Assembly: GCA_030704615.1 (NCBI GenBank)
Contig: CM060733.1
Location: forward strand, 30,132,001 to 30,196,000
Length of the DNA: 64,000 nt
Source of the DNA: Takakia lepidozioides
Lineage: Eukaryota; Plantae; Bryophyta
Reading direction: 5' to 3'
Part shown: one piece after another, positions 38,099-51,613 of the stretch
Numbering within the stretch: position 1 is the stretch's first letter
How the letters are laid out: every line of letters begins with the position of its first letter
Translations under genes and position numbers: made by a program
Notes under the pieces: generated by a model
What the model saw: only the letters and a program-made list of their open reading frames with translations
Told to the model about the DNA's origin: nothing
The model's database searches: none

Positions 38099-39060
38099 TA
38101 GTGTTGTACTGGTATATAGGTATTGCCTGGTATGTGCTCAGGTATCTCCAATGGTATCAAAGACCCTACCCGCCTAATATCAACCAAGAGAAATACCCTG
38201 GTTATTAACAGGTTGCCCCCAATAAATCCGAAAGACGTAATACCCTGACTTCTAGCAAACCAGTATGGTATTCATTTTTGTTCTGCCTCGTAAATACGAG
38301 TGTTCCCCCATCAATGTTGCTGTAAGGTCCCTCGTAGTGTTTGCTGTCATACATCATAGCTGCGGCGGCCCTCCTGGCTGCTAATGTGATTGATTCCATC
38401 TAATACTGAATCAATTTTTGCAATCATGCCATTGTTCTAGAGACACTTTCAGTTTTACTTTTTTTGTAACTACCAAAAGACTTCTTTGATTTGAAGTATC
38501 TGTTGGGGAGTTTTGTTACAACAATGCTCTTATTACCTTATGCTCTTATGCTCTTATGCTCTTATTACCTATTGCTTGTATCTTATCTAATACCAGACCC
38601 GGATATATGTACAACTGGTATCACCCAAACACCTACTCATGTATTTATACTAGATCCAAAAAATTCTCAATTCCTTCTATTTATACCAATCCAATACAGT
38701 GTTTTTATTTCTGGCAAAATTTCGCACTTTTCCAACCTCAAAAAAACAAATGGAATATTCTGTCATAAATTCCCTATTTTTCTCATGGATGAAATCGCCA
38801 AAATTCTCCAGAATTCGCCTAATATGGATGAAAGTACAGAGGACGATGATTCTGTCGAAATTTCAGTGGATGAACAGAAAATATGGCTATTTCCTGCAAA
38901 ACTCAGTAGCCACTCCTGTTATTTTCCAAATTTGAAAAAAAAATACTTGTCCAATATCTAAAATTGTGAAATTAATGTAATACCAGGACCTGCCATATCT
39001 CATACTTCACTACCGGTACTTACTCTGGTAGGTCAATATTCTGATATTGGTACAACACTG
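38099..39060. mobile_element. hAT-type MITE containing a nested inverted relative of the 37586 MITE (38697-38948)
   Basis: Outer TIR TAGTGTTGTAC/GTACAACACTG. The inner element starts CAGTGTTTTT, is reverse-homologous to 37586-37861 and is flanked by ATCCAATA/GTCCAATA. Confidence 0.65.
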
Positions 39061-40089
39061 GTCTGCTACATGCTTTAAGGCCAATATTGTACACCTCATT
39101 GCCATCCGATCCCTCATTGCTTTCATCCCTAATAAGCGTCAACTTGAAAACCATCAACCACCTTTAGCACTAGTTAAACCCATCCATCTTTTAATGTAGA
39201 GCCCACCCATGAAAAGGCAACAAGTTGGCCGGTTATAAGAATTTTACATATCCGCCGGTTAAGGTTACTTCAATATTTTTGGGATAGACACACTCCATGG
39301 TTATGTATAAGGATAAAAAAATTATTTTAATATATCCATCGGTTATCTATTCTACAAAATTCTTCAAATTTAGACGGTTACGAATAGGTTATGAATAGGA
39401 CGGTTAGAGGTGTTCTAAAATTGGCGGTTTCATATAATATATTGAATGGGCACTTCTCAATGATTTTTGTTAAAAATAATCAATTCTCACATGACATCCA
39501 AATGAAGATGAGAACCTTTAATAAAAATGAGTAATAGATAGGTAATGCTAGAATGCTCCAAGCACATGAGAGATTTATCCGCAATGACAAATAAAATGAT
39601 TAAAGTAAAAAAAGGAAGAAGGCCAAAGAGGGAAGTTGGCTAACATTTAACATAGCAATAAGTTATACATAGTGAGGCACCTCTTGCAAAAGTTGCCAAT
39701 AGCGAGGCATGCAGGCAATCAATGCAGTTGCATTGTGTGAGGAGGCGTGTCATATATTTCACAGTTCTAGGGGTGGTCAAACCGCCTTACTAATCCGGGT
39801 ATAGAGTGTAGTGCTAACCTTAATATAGGGTACATATACATACTCACCTCCCAACTGTTGTTTTGTAAAAATACCATGTATGCGGTTATGTATACTTACT
39901 AACCGGGGTGATAACCGACTCACTAACTGGGGTAGAGTGCTATACCCGGCCAACACTGGTTCACACATATCTCCACAAAGTTCGATCCATTGAAATATTT
40001 CGAGCAATAACATGGCACACCAACTATCATAACTAGGAGCCAGTGTACAACCCATTTCACACACCACAAACGATCCAATCCGCATAGCA

Positions 40090-42238
40090 CACTCCTACCA
40101 ATTTTGGCTTTCCTCCACCAAATCTAAGTGCCGAAAAATAGCCCCCATAATAGACTTGTATACATTAAGTTTTTTCACCGCATCTCCGAGCTCCATATCT
40201 GTAAACGGGGCAGAGAGGGAAATCAGATCTTCCGCAGAGATTGCGGATGGAATGGTGTCCAAAACCAAATTCTTGTAAGCTGCCTGCTGAGGGTTGGGAG
40301 CTGGCTTCTTGAACAGGGAAGAGAAGTATGAGGCTGCAAACAAAGACATGTCTAAATAGGGGTAGAAAGGAATGCCCCCTGGTCATTCTGAAAGGCACTA
40401 ATCGTTGTTGCGTCCCTCTTTTGTTTAGCCTTGAGAAAAAAATACCGTGACATTTTCTCTCCCTTCAACGACCAGTTAACACCTGCTTTTCTACGAAAAG
40501 CCTCCTCCATATCCTTAAGGAGCTCGGCAAGGTTGCGTTTCGCCAGGTTGAAGGATGACATCGTGTGGGGGCCCACCCAATTGGATTCAATAACACTCTG
40601 GCACTGGGCCAGGCACTTTAAAAGCGCTTTCTCCTTCTCATCCGCTCTGCAGCAAAGGATAGAGCTAGGGAACGAGCAACCTTCCTTGATTCCTCCAGTT
40701 TCCTAAGAAATCGCAGGGTGGGGGAGACAAACTCGTTCCCAGCTCACTTCCAGGTGTCTTTTAGCTGCTTGAGGAAATCTGGTTTGGCGAGGATTGCAGA
40801 GAAGCCACTTCTTTTGGCATTGGCTCCAGGCAGAGAGAAAGAGACTGACACACTGGCATGATCGAAATTCGGAAGAATAGGCCTTGATCCTGTGGAGCAG
40901 CCCAAATTAGAGGGGTGGGCGAGCAGTAAATTCGATCCAAGCGAGCCATTCTAAGATCCGGGGGTTGGCGGTTGTTGGACCAAGTAAAACAAAGGCCTTT
41001 AGAGTTATCATCCCTAGAATCCACCATCCCAGCAGCAAAGCAAAAGGACTCCCACGCGTCAGCTTCATCTGCTGATAAGCAGGGGGATGTGGATGCGAGT
41101 CTCACTCGACCATGTTAAAATCACCACCTAAAATCCAGTGGGTGATGTGAGGATGGCTCAGAAATTTCTGCCTTAAAAAGGACCAGAACTCCACCCTCTC
41201 AATTACAGAGTTAGGTGCATAAATGTTAACAAAAGTACATTCCTGAAAACCGAAAGCTGCTGCATAAATGCACACTGCACACTGCACCTGCCCCTGCAAC
41301 CAAGTTTCCACCTTAGCGATTGAGGGAAGCAGCGATGGAGAGACCAAAATGGCTGTCCCACCACGTGAGTCTGCAATTGTGGGGTTCCACTAGCTCGCCT
41401 GGGGGGGCCAAAACGAAGGATCCAGGGCATCAATTTTAGGTTGGTCCAGCTTCTGTTACTGAAGGAATATGAATTGGCATTGATCAAGGAGGAAGCCCAG
41501 CGTTGGAGACGTCTACGCTTAGGCATGGTAGCCTCCGAGCCAATGCCCCGCACGTTCCAGGTTATAAGAGAACAATTCATGTAGGGTTGATGGAAAAGCC
41601 CGTGGAGACACCACGAATTGATGGCTTGTTGTAATGGAGGCCGTAGAACACGTCGAGAAGAAGGTCACAGGCCTTGGAGCAGGCTGAAGAGGGCCGGAAG
41701 CAAGCAGTAAACAGGACCAGACTTGTCATGAAGGCAAGGGTACACCATGTTGCACCTGGCAGCCCATCGAAAATCATCCTGAAACTGAGCCATCGTGGCT
41801 CTTTAGGGACAAGATCAGGAAAGAACAAAGGAAACAACCTGATAAGAAGCAGAAGACAGGGAGCAACCAGATTGCTGGAAAAACAAGACAGATGGAGAGA
41901 GTAATTGTGAGCCTGGCTCACCGGAGGTGGTTCATGCAGTGCTAAATCCAATGGCGCCAGGTTGACCTCGACTGCTTCCACCATTTGTATGTTGTTGATA
42001 ATCATGAAGGTAGTTGCAAAACCAAGCTGAACTACCTCATGAGAGTAGTTGCACACCACCTCCTTGGAGGTAGTTACAGTAAGCGTCAACCATCGGAACC
42101 ACATTCACAGAATGGAACCTGAGGCCTGCGCATCGCCTCAGCGCTATCGACCTACCACCAGACCACAACCTCCACCGTACCAATCATCTGACGTTTTTTC
42201 GATATATAAGAGAAACAGGGGAATAGGGATCCTTTTAA
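40090..42238 (-). mobile_element. L1-type LINE: ORF1 tail and ORF2 AP-endonuclease region (RT missing); probable host of the nested insertions, with ORF1 remnants continuing at 55709-56408, 61309-61492 and 63225-64000
   Basis: MNCSLITWNVRG; FVNIYAPN; WILGGDFN; FTWSNN..MARLDRIY; WSLKGEKMSRYFF; LSAPFTDMEL; frameshifted throughout. Confidence 0.85.
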
Positions 42239-45204
42239 TGTAGCGGGGCAGCTGTCAGGTCCCTGTCCCCTCTGCACCGTGCGGCCTCATTACGACGAGG
42301 CCTTACAAAATTCTGAGGCCTTGTACACCCACTTCACATATACACTAACACCCGAGTACACTGCCTTGACCTTGTGTTAGGGCACCCTCTTTATACAAAA
42401 GCCCAAGCTTTAGTTGCCCGCCGCGTGGCGAGGCGTCACAAGCCAAAACCCACAGTGCCGCTTTCTTACCCTAGATCTGATGAAGGGCCAGGATGTAGCC
42501 ACCAACCAAAACTAACCCTAACCTAGATATCATTGTAACGGTCTAACGGCTTTATACGCCAAAAAATTATACTATGGATGTGTATCACCGTTTTGGATGA
42601 AACGAGCCATTTCTAGCCTAGGCAAATATGAGCCATCACATCTGTGAAGCCTACCCCCCCACAAAAAATCCTGAGCTCCGCGAAGGAAAACAAATAATAA
42701 GGAAGTATCACCCTCCACTGCTGGGTGAAAAACCTACCAAGGGAAAACCTGGCACCTGCAAGTTGGGCCGAGGACAAAACCCTTGGCTAGGAAAACCGTG
42801 CAGGGAGTACAAATGGTGATATACCATGAAACTAAAATGTTTCTAAGTCCTAGAGAGGTCAAGTCCTAGGATCCCAAGAGTCACCATCCGCAAACTAAGA
42901 CTAAGCCGATGAAGAGAAAGAGGATCAAGCTGAAGTAGATCGGCTAAGAAGATCAAGACATCACCCCACCATGCGCCCCTCCACATTGATACATGTAAGA
43001 TCAAAAACTAGCTCGGAATGCACCAAGTCCGTCAAGGAAACAGGTTCATCCCACACTTCAATATTAGAGCCTTGTGGAAGAAAGAGAGCACGTCACCCAT
43101 GTAAAATCTGATAGATCAAGTATGGACCGTCGATCTTGAGCTTAGATTTGCATGCATGCTTGCCATGTTGTAATTGAACGCACACGATCTGTCCCATCTG
43201 AAACAGGTTAGAATACTTGACACGCTTGTTAAAATTACGGGCCTAGGTTAGCTGAGCCTTACCAATGTTCGTTTTGGCATCATGGATAGACACCGCATAC
43301 CAAGCATGAAGATCCTCAACAAAGGTATCAAGATCAACCGGATCAGCAACAGGTAAAAGGAGTAGAATGCAAAGGAGAAACACATTTGCGACCATACAAC
43401 AACTCAAAAGGAGTCTTCTTGGTGCTAGCATACACGGCGGTGCGATAAGCAAAGAGAATAGGGGGAAGAAAGGTATCCCATTCCCTGGTAAACTTGAGCC
43501 ATTCTTCTCCAATATTCGGCAAAGAGTCTGGTTGAAGCGTTCCGTGAGGCCATTGGTCTGGGGATGGTATGGGGCTATGGTGGAATGCTTAACACCGAAA
43601 TTGAAGCAAACTATCGTGAGGAACTGGTTACAAAACTCCTCGCCTTGATCCGTTAGTATCTCCCGAGGACACCCATGCCGCATAAGGATCTCATTGAAGA
43701 AGAACTAAGCTACAACATCACTAGCCTTGGAATGCAAAGGCCGGACTTCTACCCACTTAGTCAAGTAGTCGGTAGCAACACAAAGGTAGCTTCGACCCTT
43801 TGATGTGAGTGCGAGGGGTCCTACTAAGTCAATGCCAACACGAGCAAAAACATGGGTGACAGGCAAAGGCTGCAGCTCATACAAGATCCGGGCCCTAGGG
43901 AGAGCAATATTAGCACGACAACCTTCACACTTAGAGATGAATTTCGTGACATCTCGATGAATGCCCAGCCAATAGTAAACATCTTGGATGTCGGCCACGG
44001 TCTTCTTGATACCAAGGTGACCTGCATACAAGGAACAATGAAAACGCTCCAATAAAGCATTCAGCTGGCTCCATGGTGGCACCTCCAAATAGCATGGCAC
44101 TCCCCCTCTAGTGAGCTCCTTGAAAAGCTTATCACCCATGAAACGGTGAGTAGACACATGCTATAGAATTTGTTTACACAAGGACTTGGAAAGGCCAGCT
44201 GGCGAACGCCATGATTGGCATCGCTGGAGTAGCGCAGCATGTAGCTGATCATCCATGACTGTACTGCACATAAGAGGTAGACAATGAGCTTTAGAGAAGG
44301 TGGTCTGGAGTACCTGCACCTATAATCTCCAGCCAGGGATACCTTCACCTCATTTATTACTACTCATGACAGCCAAATCAGGCCTTGAGGCTCAAGCCAA
44401 TAATCACACCGAAGTGCAGCAGCCGGATTACAACATACTCGGGGGCCTAGGAAAGAGAAGAGCTGAAACACAACAAGGAACTTCCACCAAACCATCCGAA
44501 TTCTCTCTAGGCGATAGATCCACCACACATACTAACACACGAATAAATCAACCAGGATCATCAAGAAGGCTAGACTAGCCCCAAGCAGCCAATATGCCGT
44601 TGGAATCCAAGGCCAAGGGGTGCTGATTTGCACAAAGAAGGTTGAGAAGAGGAGCAGGAGCAGGAAGAGGGGTTGCATCTGCAGCAACAAGGTCATCCAA
44701 GGTGAGCTTAGGCCTGCTGACAGGAGGATCAACCCGTGTAAGTGCATCAGCATTTGTGTTCTCTTTGCCCTTCTTGTAAACTATATCCATGTCAAATTCC
44801 TACAGGTACATAGCCCACCGAGCAAGTCTGCCATGCAGTTCCCTTGGCTTCACAAGAGCCTTAAGTGGAAGATGATCAGTCTCTACCACAAACTAGCTGC
44901 CATGTAAATATTGCCTGAAATGCTTCAAACCAAATACTAAGGCCAGACCCTCCTTATCAGATATGGAATAGTTCATTTCATGACGATCAAGACGGCGAGG
45001 TGTATAAGCTATGACATGCTCCTTGCCTTCTACAACTTGACATAAGTTTGCAGAAATGGCAACATCCGATGCATCAGTCTGAAGCAAGAAAGATAATTCA
45101 AAGTTGGGAAACATCAGGCTGGGTGTTGAACACAAAGCCTTGCGAAGGGTGTCAAAGGCAGCTTGTTGGGAGAAGGTCCATTCAAACCTGGCATCCTTGC
45201 ACAA

Positions 45205-46444
45205 TACCTTCTTTTTTTATATTCCCAAAAGCTGGATGATTTTCGCACAGTACTTCACCCCGATATAATCAAGAAGTGCGAAACAGGAAGAGCTGCAGGC
45301 ACTTGGTATTCTTTGACTCGAGAGGCGTTTCTGGAGTACATGTATGCGGTAAGGCCGAGCCTGTACTCACTTGTCTTTTTGAATACATGTTTGTAATTCG
45401 TTTTTACTCATCCCTACTTTGATCAATGCAGCAAGAACTGGCAGAGGCAGCTGAAAGGGGAAATCCGTATACTACCACACTACAACAGAGGAACTTAGGA
45501 CATCAAAGGGTGTGGAGGCAGCAATAAAGAAGGAGTATGAATTTCGGAGAACCAAACTGATGTCCGCCTTCTCTAAGCAGCTTAGAATAGTAGATCCTAG
45601 CCTTGGCGAGGAGTTCCTTCTGCAGATCAAATCTCACTATGACACGCACGTGCACCCGGAGATGCAGCAGGAGAAATTGCGCTCATATCCCGCTCATACA
45701 CCAAGTGTCACCTGATAAGTCCACAGTCTCCCACTCTCATGCTCTCCTGCAACAAACACAACCTTGAGGTTCAATCCTCCAAAACCTGAGGATCGCCAGC
45801 CACCCGCTGGACTATCAGGATCCTAGAGACCTTTCTGTCACCAGCGCCAGTGCGTCAGGGTGGTGGGGCCAGGCTTGCCTACCCAGCCTCCAGCCCTATG
45901 TAGGTGACAGTGTGGTTTCAGTTGAGGTTTCCCAATATAAACCTGCCTGCACTTCGGAAGAATCTACTTCTCAAATTCACGACATAATTGAGTATGTTGA
46001 GAAGCTCCCGCCCAAACTTATGAACACCGATTTATTGTGCATTCCACAGCTGATCAAGACACATCTAGTTGTGATATTCTTTGCAAAAGCTGGCCATCTC
46101 TATGGTTGACCCCCAAACCAAAATTAGATGGCTGGAGATTTGGAACTCAGATCAGACAGTGAAGGACTTGAATCAGTTCTCTAAGAGCACTATACAGCCT
46201 GGCACAAAGGTGGAGGGAATCAGTGACATTGTGTTTGACAATTGGCTTCACAAGGCTACATTTTGGAGTCATGTGTGTATTCATTCAAGTTTCATCTTTG
46301 TTGACTTCATGAATGTAATAACTACCTTATTTGCAAAACAGACAAATGTACCCTTTTTAGTTGGAGAAACGCGCCATCCTTGTCCTCGAGCAGAATTTGA
46401 AGGACTTGAATATTTCTATTGTTTCCCCGCCTCAAATGACATTG
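45205..46444 (+). pseudogene. Intron-containing fragment inserted in the Gypsy pol gene, possibly a ULP1/C48 protease-like TE cargo
   Basis: GTAAGG..TGCAG intron near 45349-45430. DLLCIPQLIKTHLVVIF(L)QK..WLEIWNS loosely resembles the ULP1 IP..H...YDS segment. Confidence 0.3.
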
Positions 46445-47385
46445 CACTACAGCAAATGGGGGGGGGGGGTTGCAACGCCAGCCGCGCCCCCATGCCCCGT
46501 GCGGCGCCGAGCGTGCGACGCCAACCCCGCGGAGCGTATTTGCGACGCCGGGCAGTCGCCGCCAAACCCCGCGGGCCGCCACTTGGCGCCGGGGCCAGGC
46601 GGCGACACCTGGCCGTCGCACGGAGTGATGGAGGGCAAATGGCAGCCCTTCCATGCGACGCCCAAGCATTGCCCCCAGCGAAGGGCAAAAGGCAGCCCTT
46701 TCGGGCAACGGCCGCTCATCGCACGCCGGAAAAAAAAAAAAAACCCCCTTCGTTCATCGCAGCCCTTTCTTGCGACGTCAGGCCGTCGCATAGTGCCATG
46801 AAAGGCAAAAGGCCCCTGCGACGGCCGGGCGTCGCAAATTGCCCGGCTGCCCTATTCTTGCAAAAAACAAAATTGGGTCACAGTGTGCGACGGCTGGCCG
46901 TTGCCGTGTGCAACCCCCGGCCTCATAAATCCATTCAAAAAAACTGGTCGCAGATGACGACGGTTGGCCGTCGCCGTTTGCGACCCCCGGCCTAAAAACT
47001 GCGTCGCAGGTGGCGACGCATAGGGGTCGCAGGCAGCGATGGCAGGGCTTTCTAGATTTAGGTTTAGGGCCTTTGGGGGTTCTTAGTTTTTTTTTTTTTT
47101 CATATGGTACTGGGATAGGGTGTTTGTTTTTCTTTATGGTTTAGCTTGTTGTTGTGGACCTTCTTGTAGATTGTGACATTCATTTTGATAATTCTCTTGA
47201 TACCACATATGTATGTATTGCTCCAACATATTCATTGCCTCTGCCTTCTTTCTTGAAAGACTATCAGCCACAGCTATATTTGATGAATCATTGAAATAAA
47301 CTACAATATGCATGTATATGTACAATCAATCGAAGGGATGGGTCCAGTTCGGTGCGAGAATTGTTATGTAGCTTTGATTTTGTGT

Positions 47386-49697
47386 CTAATCAACTTGAAC
47401 ATCATCATCCAGAGCCTCTTCATCCTCATCAAGCTGCAAGTTTTCTTGGTCATCGGAGTCATCGTCATAAATGGCCTGGCCCTCAAAAGGCACCTCCGAA
47501 TCAATCCTCCACCTCGTTGTCAATGGCCGTGTCTTTGTCTCTTTCTCCAACATCTGTATCTTCTCGAGCTTCATCATATAGGGTCCAGGATGCATTGTCT
47601 GGGGTGTCATCATCCTCTTCTACCCCCTCTACCTAACCTCCATCATCAGCATCATTATGACCAGTCTCTCCGTCCACCGTAATTGCCTCACCCCATGGAG
47701 ATCCGAGACCATGATAGATACGTCTTCCTCTTGGCTGAGCATGCACAACCACCTTCCAATTCCCCCCTCTTGTTTTGTCATCGGAGAAGAAAACTTGCTC
47801 CATGTCTGAAAGCCGTGAAAAAGGCTCATCGGAGGGACGATGAGTAGGGTTGAGCCTATCTGCATTGACGCGCATGAAACCACAATCATCTTGCACTAGT
47901 GTTGCGGAGCGCCCCACAAGATGTGGCTGGAACCACCTTCCTTTGAAGAGAAGAAGCCGGTACCTTGTATACTGAAGTTGGAGTATGTTCTCATGCTCTC
48001 CAATGTACTCAAGTTTGCTCATAGCAAGTCGTGTATCTCATTTGCCCCACTCGGAGTCTTGCCAATATGTGGCACACAAGCCAGAATCAAAGGTTGTTTT
48101 GTGCTTCATGTCAAGAGCACGAATGCGGAAATGACGACCGTGAACCCAAACCACCGTGTATGAGGTTGCGAATTGAGAAGGGCCCCTTGCAATGTCTTGC
48201 ACCAAATCTGAAACCACCTCTTCTTGAGCAACGGCGTCATAAACTGAAGTCATGCGCTTGCTCAATCACCAAGGTCGGCGATTTTTGGGGCAAAACGATG
48301 TCATTGGTTTGTGCATCCTCCTCTTCCTTCCACATCCGAGGGGCTTCCTCATCCACCCTTGCCATGTACTCCATGCAATAGAACATAGTTTCTTGCAACG
48401 TATACCCCTCCGCCATGCTACCCTCCGGGTGCGCAATTTGTCTTACAAATCACTTTGAAAGCAAGATGCCTCTCATCCGAAAAGATTGTCCGGCCATAGG
48501 GTCAAGTGAAGCATCCAATGTCGGGACCCCCCTCCATAGCTCTTTAAGTTCATCAACAAGAGGTCGCAAGTACGTGTCCATGTTTGCCACTTGTTTTTTC
48601 CCTATGAGATTTTCACATCATTGTTTCAATGCTCCACCAATATGCGGATTATTCTACAAAATGAATTACACGTCTTACTCCATGATTATGTCACTCATCA
48701 ATCTTGCATCCGAATTGCGTCAAAGATCAGAAGTTTAATGTAAAGTCGAAGGCAATAATAAACATGAAATGAGTACACTCACCTGGCACAATGGCAGCCA
48801 ACATGATATGGCATTTTTTAATTGAAAGATACGGAGGGATGTTGTAATTCACCATGGTCACCGGCCAAGTGGAATGACTACATGACTGGATAGAGAATGG
48901 GTTGACCCCATCCGAGGAGAAGCCGAGGTGGACATGTCATGGGTCCTCCAAGAGAAAAGGCCACATCTCTTCAATATGCCTCCATGCTTGTGAATCTTGT
49001 GGCCTGCACACCTTTCCCGGGGGGCTCCGATGCGAGGCGTGCCATCTCATGAGTCTGGCCAATTCGGGGCTTCGGTACTGTGCCCTCAATCGCGGGATGA
49101 TCGGAAAGTAATGCATTTTCTAGGATGAAATACCCCACGCCCCCCACATGTAATCATCCCATTAGTACACATAATACAACACCCTTATGTCTTTCCCTTT
49201 ATGCAGCCTCTCCCTCATTTGGGTGTGAATGGTCAAAACTATATGTCGCTTCTTCCACTCCTCACTCACTCCTTCCAAAACCACAATCAGATCTTGCATG
49301 AGTACTACTCTCTAAACCCTAAACTTTGTGGAACACACTTTACATACATTGAGAAGATTAAAGAAAATAATCTCCATGCGAGGGGGAATGGCGCTTATAC
49401 CTTGCGTGGTACTTTTTTCCCTTGGACATCATCCCGATATCGGTCTTTCTTGCACTTTGGGCACTTGGTGAGATGCGAATCCTCTCCGTAGTATAGGGTT
49501 TTATCACATGGACATGCATGAAAAATCTTATAGCCCATCCCCATAGAATCCAAGACTTCGCGCGCCTCTTTCCGCGATCGTGACATCTTGGGTTTCAAGT
49601 GTGGAGCAAGGATATAGTCTGCAATAGTTTGCATTATGGCAGACATCCCAACATTGTTTATGCCAAATCGAATTTGAAGATTGAGCAAAAGCCCCAA
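47386..49697 (-). pseudogene. CACTA transposase remnant (Transposase_21, DUF4218/DUF4216 parts)
   Basis: FHACPCDKTLY..CPKC..VPRK; HYFPIIPRL; LGFSSDGVNPF; YLRPLVDELKELW; FVRQIAHPEGSMAEG; LLFKGRWF..DEPF..QVFF. 5' end and middle are deleted. Confidence 0.88.
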
Positions 49698-49904
49698 TCT
49701 GGGAAAATGGTGCCGAATTTCTAGTTCAGGGCCCCGAAATGGCTAAGTCATTGGGGTGGCTGGCACCGAAACTAGAAATTCAGCGCCATTTTTCCACTTC
49801 CGGGCCTAGTCAGTTCGGCGTCTATTCGGCGTGCATTTTGCAGTTTTATTCCCTAAAATTTACCTCGTTCCCGGGACCTCATTCTGTGTGTTTCTTGAAT
49901 GCAG

Positions 49905-51613
49905 GTACTGCAACTTCTCCCTTTTGGAGAAAGGTCATCTGTCCTTTGAGCCGCCATTCTTCCTCGTATGGAGGAACCCTAGGGCTGACTCCATGTACAC
50001 TGACGTTATCGTGAAGGAGTGGCATCTGGAACATTTGCGCGACTGCCCTTGGTATGTGGACCTTCCGCCCGGCTCGCTCGACTCATCCGAGTTTCAATTG
50101 AAGCTGGATGCTGAGGCTCGACGAAACCGGGCTCCGCTGCCTCCGCTGGGTCCAAAGGAGGCGAAAGCACTTGCCAAGTCCAAGAAAGCGGCAGAGCTTG
50201 CTAAGGCAGGTATTCAAGAGAAATTGAATGAGAAGAATAAATGACAAAAGAAAAGGACACGGAAACAGGGGCAAAAAATAGAAAACCACCGGGGCACCAG
50301 AGGAGGCGCAGGAGGGGCCCCAAGGGAGTGACTCCGATGACGACTTTGTGCAAGGTCCTGCGACTGCTGCAACTGCTACCAAGTCACCGGTCGTCCGGGT
50401 TCCCAAGTCAGTTCGGACTGGGACTGACTCTGCCAAGAAGTTTGGCATATGAGGGCGAGCCTACACGGCGGTATTCGGCGGTGACGTTTCCGAAGAAGCC
50501 AAAGCTAGAACCCCCAACCATCATCCAATGTGTCAATGAGAGCTTCCTTGACGCTCTGGCTGCCAGGGCGAAGAAGGTGGCACACAGCAAGTCTGTGGCG
50601 GAACAGAAGGGGAAAGCCAAGAAGATGGCTCCCAGTACAGAGCCTAAAGACACCCCTGGTTTTGAATCCATGATGGAATTCTTCACGGCTGTGAGCACGG
50701 ATTGCAAGAGCACTCGGGGGGGGTGAGGTGGAGAGATCTTGCGATATGATTCTCCTCGATATTCCAGATGGGGAGCTGCTGGAGGGCCTGGATGGTGTGC
50801 CCACCTGGAACAGGTTCACTAAGGACTACTGGAGAGCCGGGTTTGGGCTGGCGGGGATGCTCCTGGATGACGGTGGATGTATGGTGGTCCTTGCCACAAG
50901 AGGGAAGACCACAGACAATGCTGTAGCAAGGTGGACACCGAAAAGTGTCACCCCGGTCCTCCTCAAAAAATGGTTCTGCATCAATACGCAGGGGTTGCGA
51001 ATAGAGGGCCAGAGTGTAAGTTATCAATCTATTGCATTCACTTCATATTGTGGTGTATCTGAACTAGACCCTGGAGTTGATCCCTCTTTTGTTGGATGTG
51101 CAGACATTGGTGTTTGAGGCATATTGTTTTGTGAAGAGAGGGTCTACGTTCAAATTCCGCAATGACGGTCGTCTTGTTGATGCCGCTGTGGACCCTGTTA
51201 CCTACGATGTCCTCTACAACTATGTGCCCTACTCCAGTATGCCGAAGGACACAAAGACAGGCAAACCATGGCGGTACAGCCGGACCCGGAGCCCTGCTTT
51301 CATCCAAACCCTCATGGAGACGTGCTCGGATGTCCAAGGGCGGATTCTTGACCTCACATGCGGCACGGGTAAGCCTTCACGTGCACAGTTTGTCCCCTGG
51401 CCCGATTGCAATTGCATGCCGCATGCTACTAACTGCCCGCTTTGTCCCTCAGGTGCCTCAATGTGGGCAAGGACGTTGTCCGACAGGCATGTCTTTGCTT
51501 TTGAGCCAGATACTGCCCTCCACAACTCCGAACTTGCAGCAGCTGAACGTCTACCGAAAGAGGAAGAGGCATCCTCGGAGGATGAGGAAGAATCCGACAA
51601 GGAGCAGGAGGAG
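49905..51613 (+). pseudogene. Transposon-borne beta-class DNA N6-adenine/N4-cytosine methyltransferase-like gene (5'-truncated, frameshifted upstream of the MTase domain)
   Basis: Motif IV-like DMILLDIPD (DIPD at 50758-50769) precedes KPWR..SPAFIQTLMETCSDVQGRILDLTCGTG|ASMWARTLSDRHVFAFEPD (motifs X, I, II). Introns 51016-51103 (phase 0) and 51369-51452 (phase 1, TACTAAC branch site) splice in frame. Confidence 0.72.

Noticed and set aside
46081-46995. 304-aa ORF and overlapping Arg/Pro-rich ORFs
   Set aside because: Reads across the CACTA TIR at 46445 into GC-rich subterminal repeats, so it is not a real protein.
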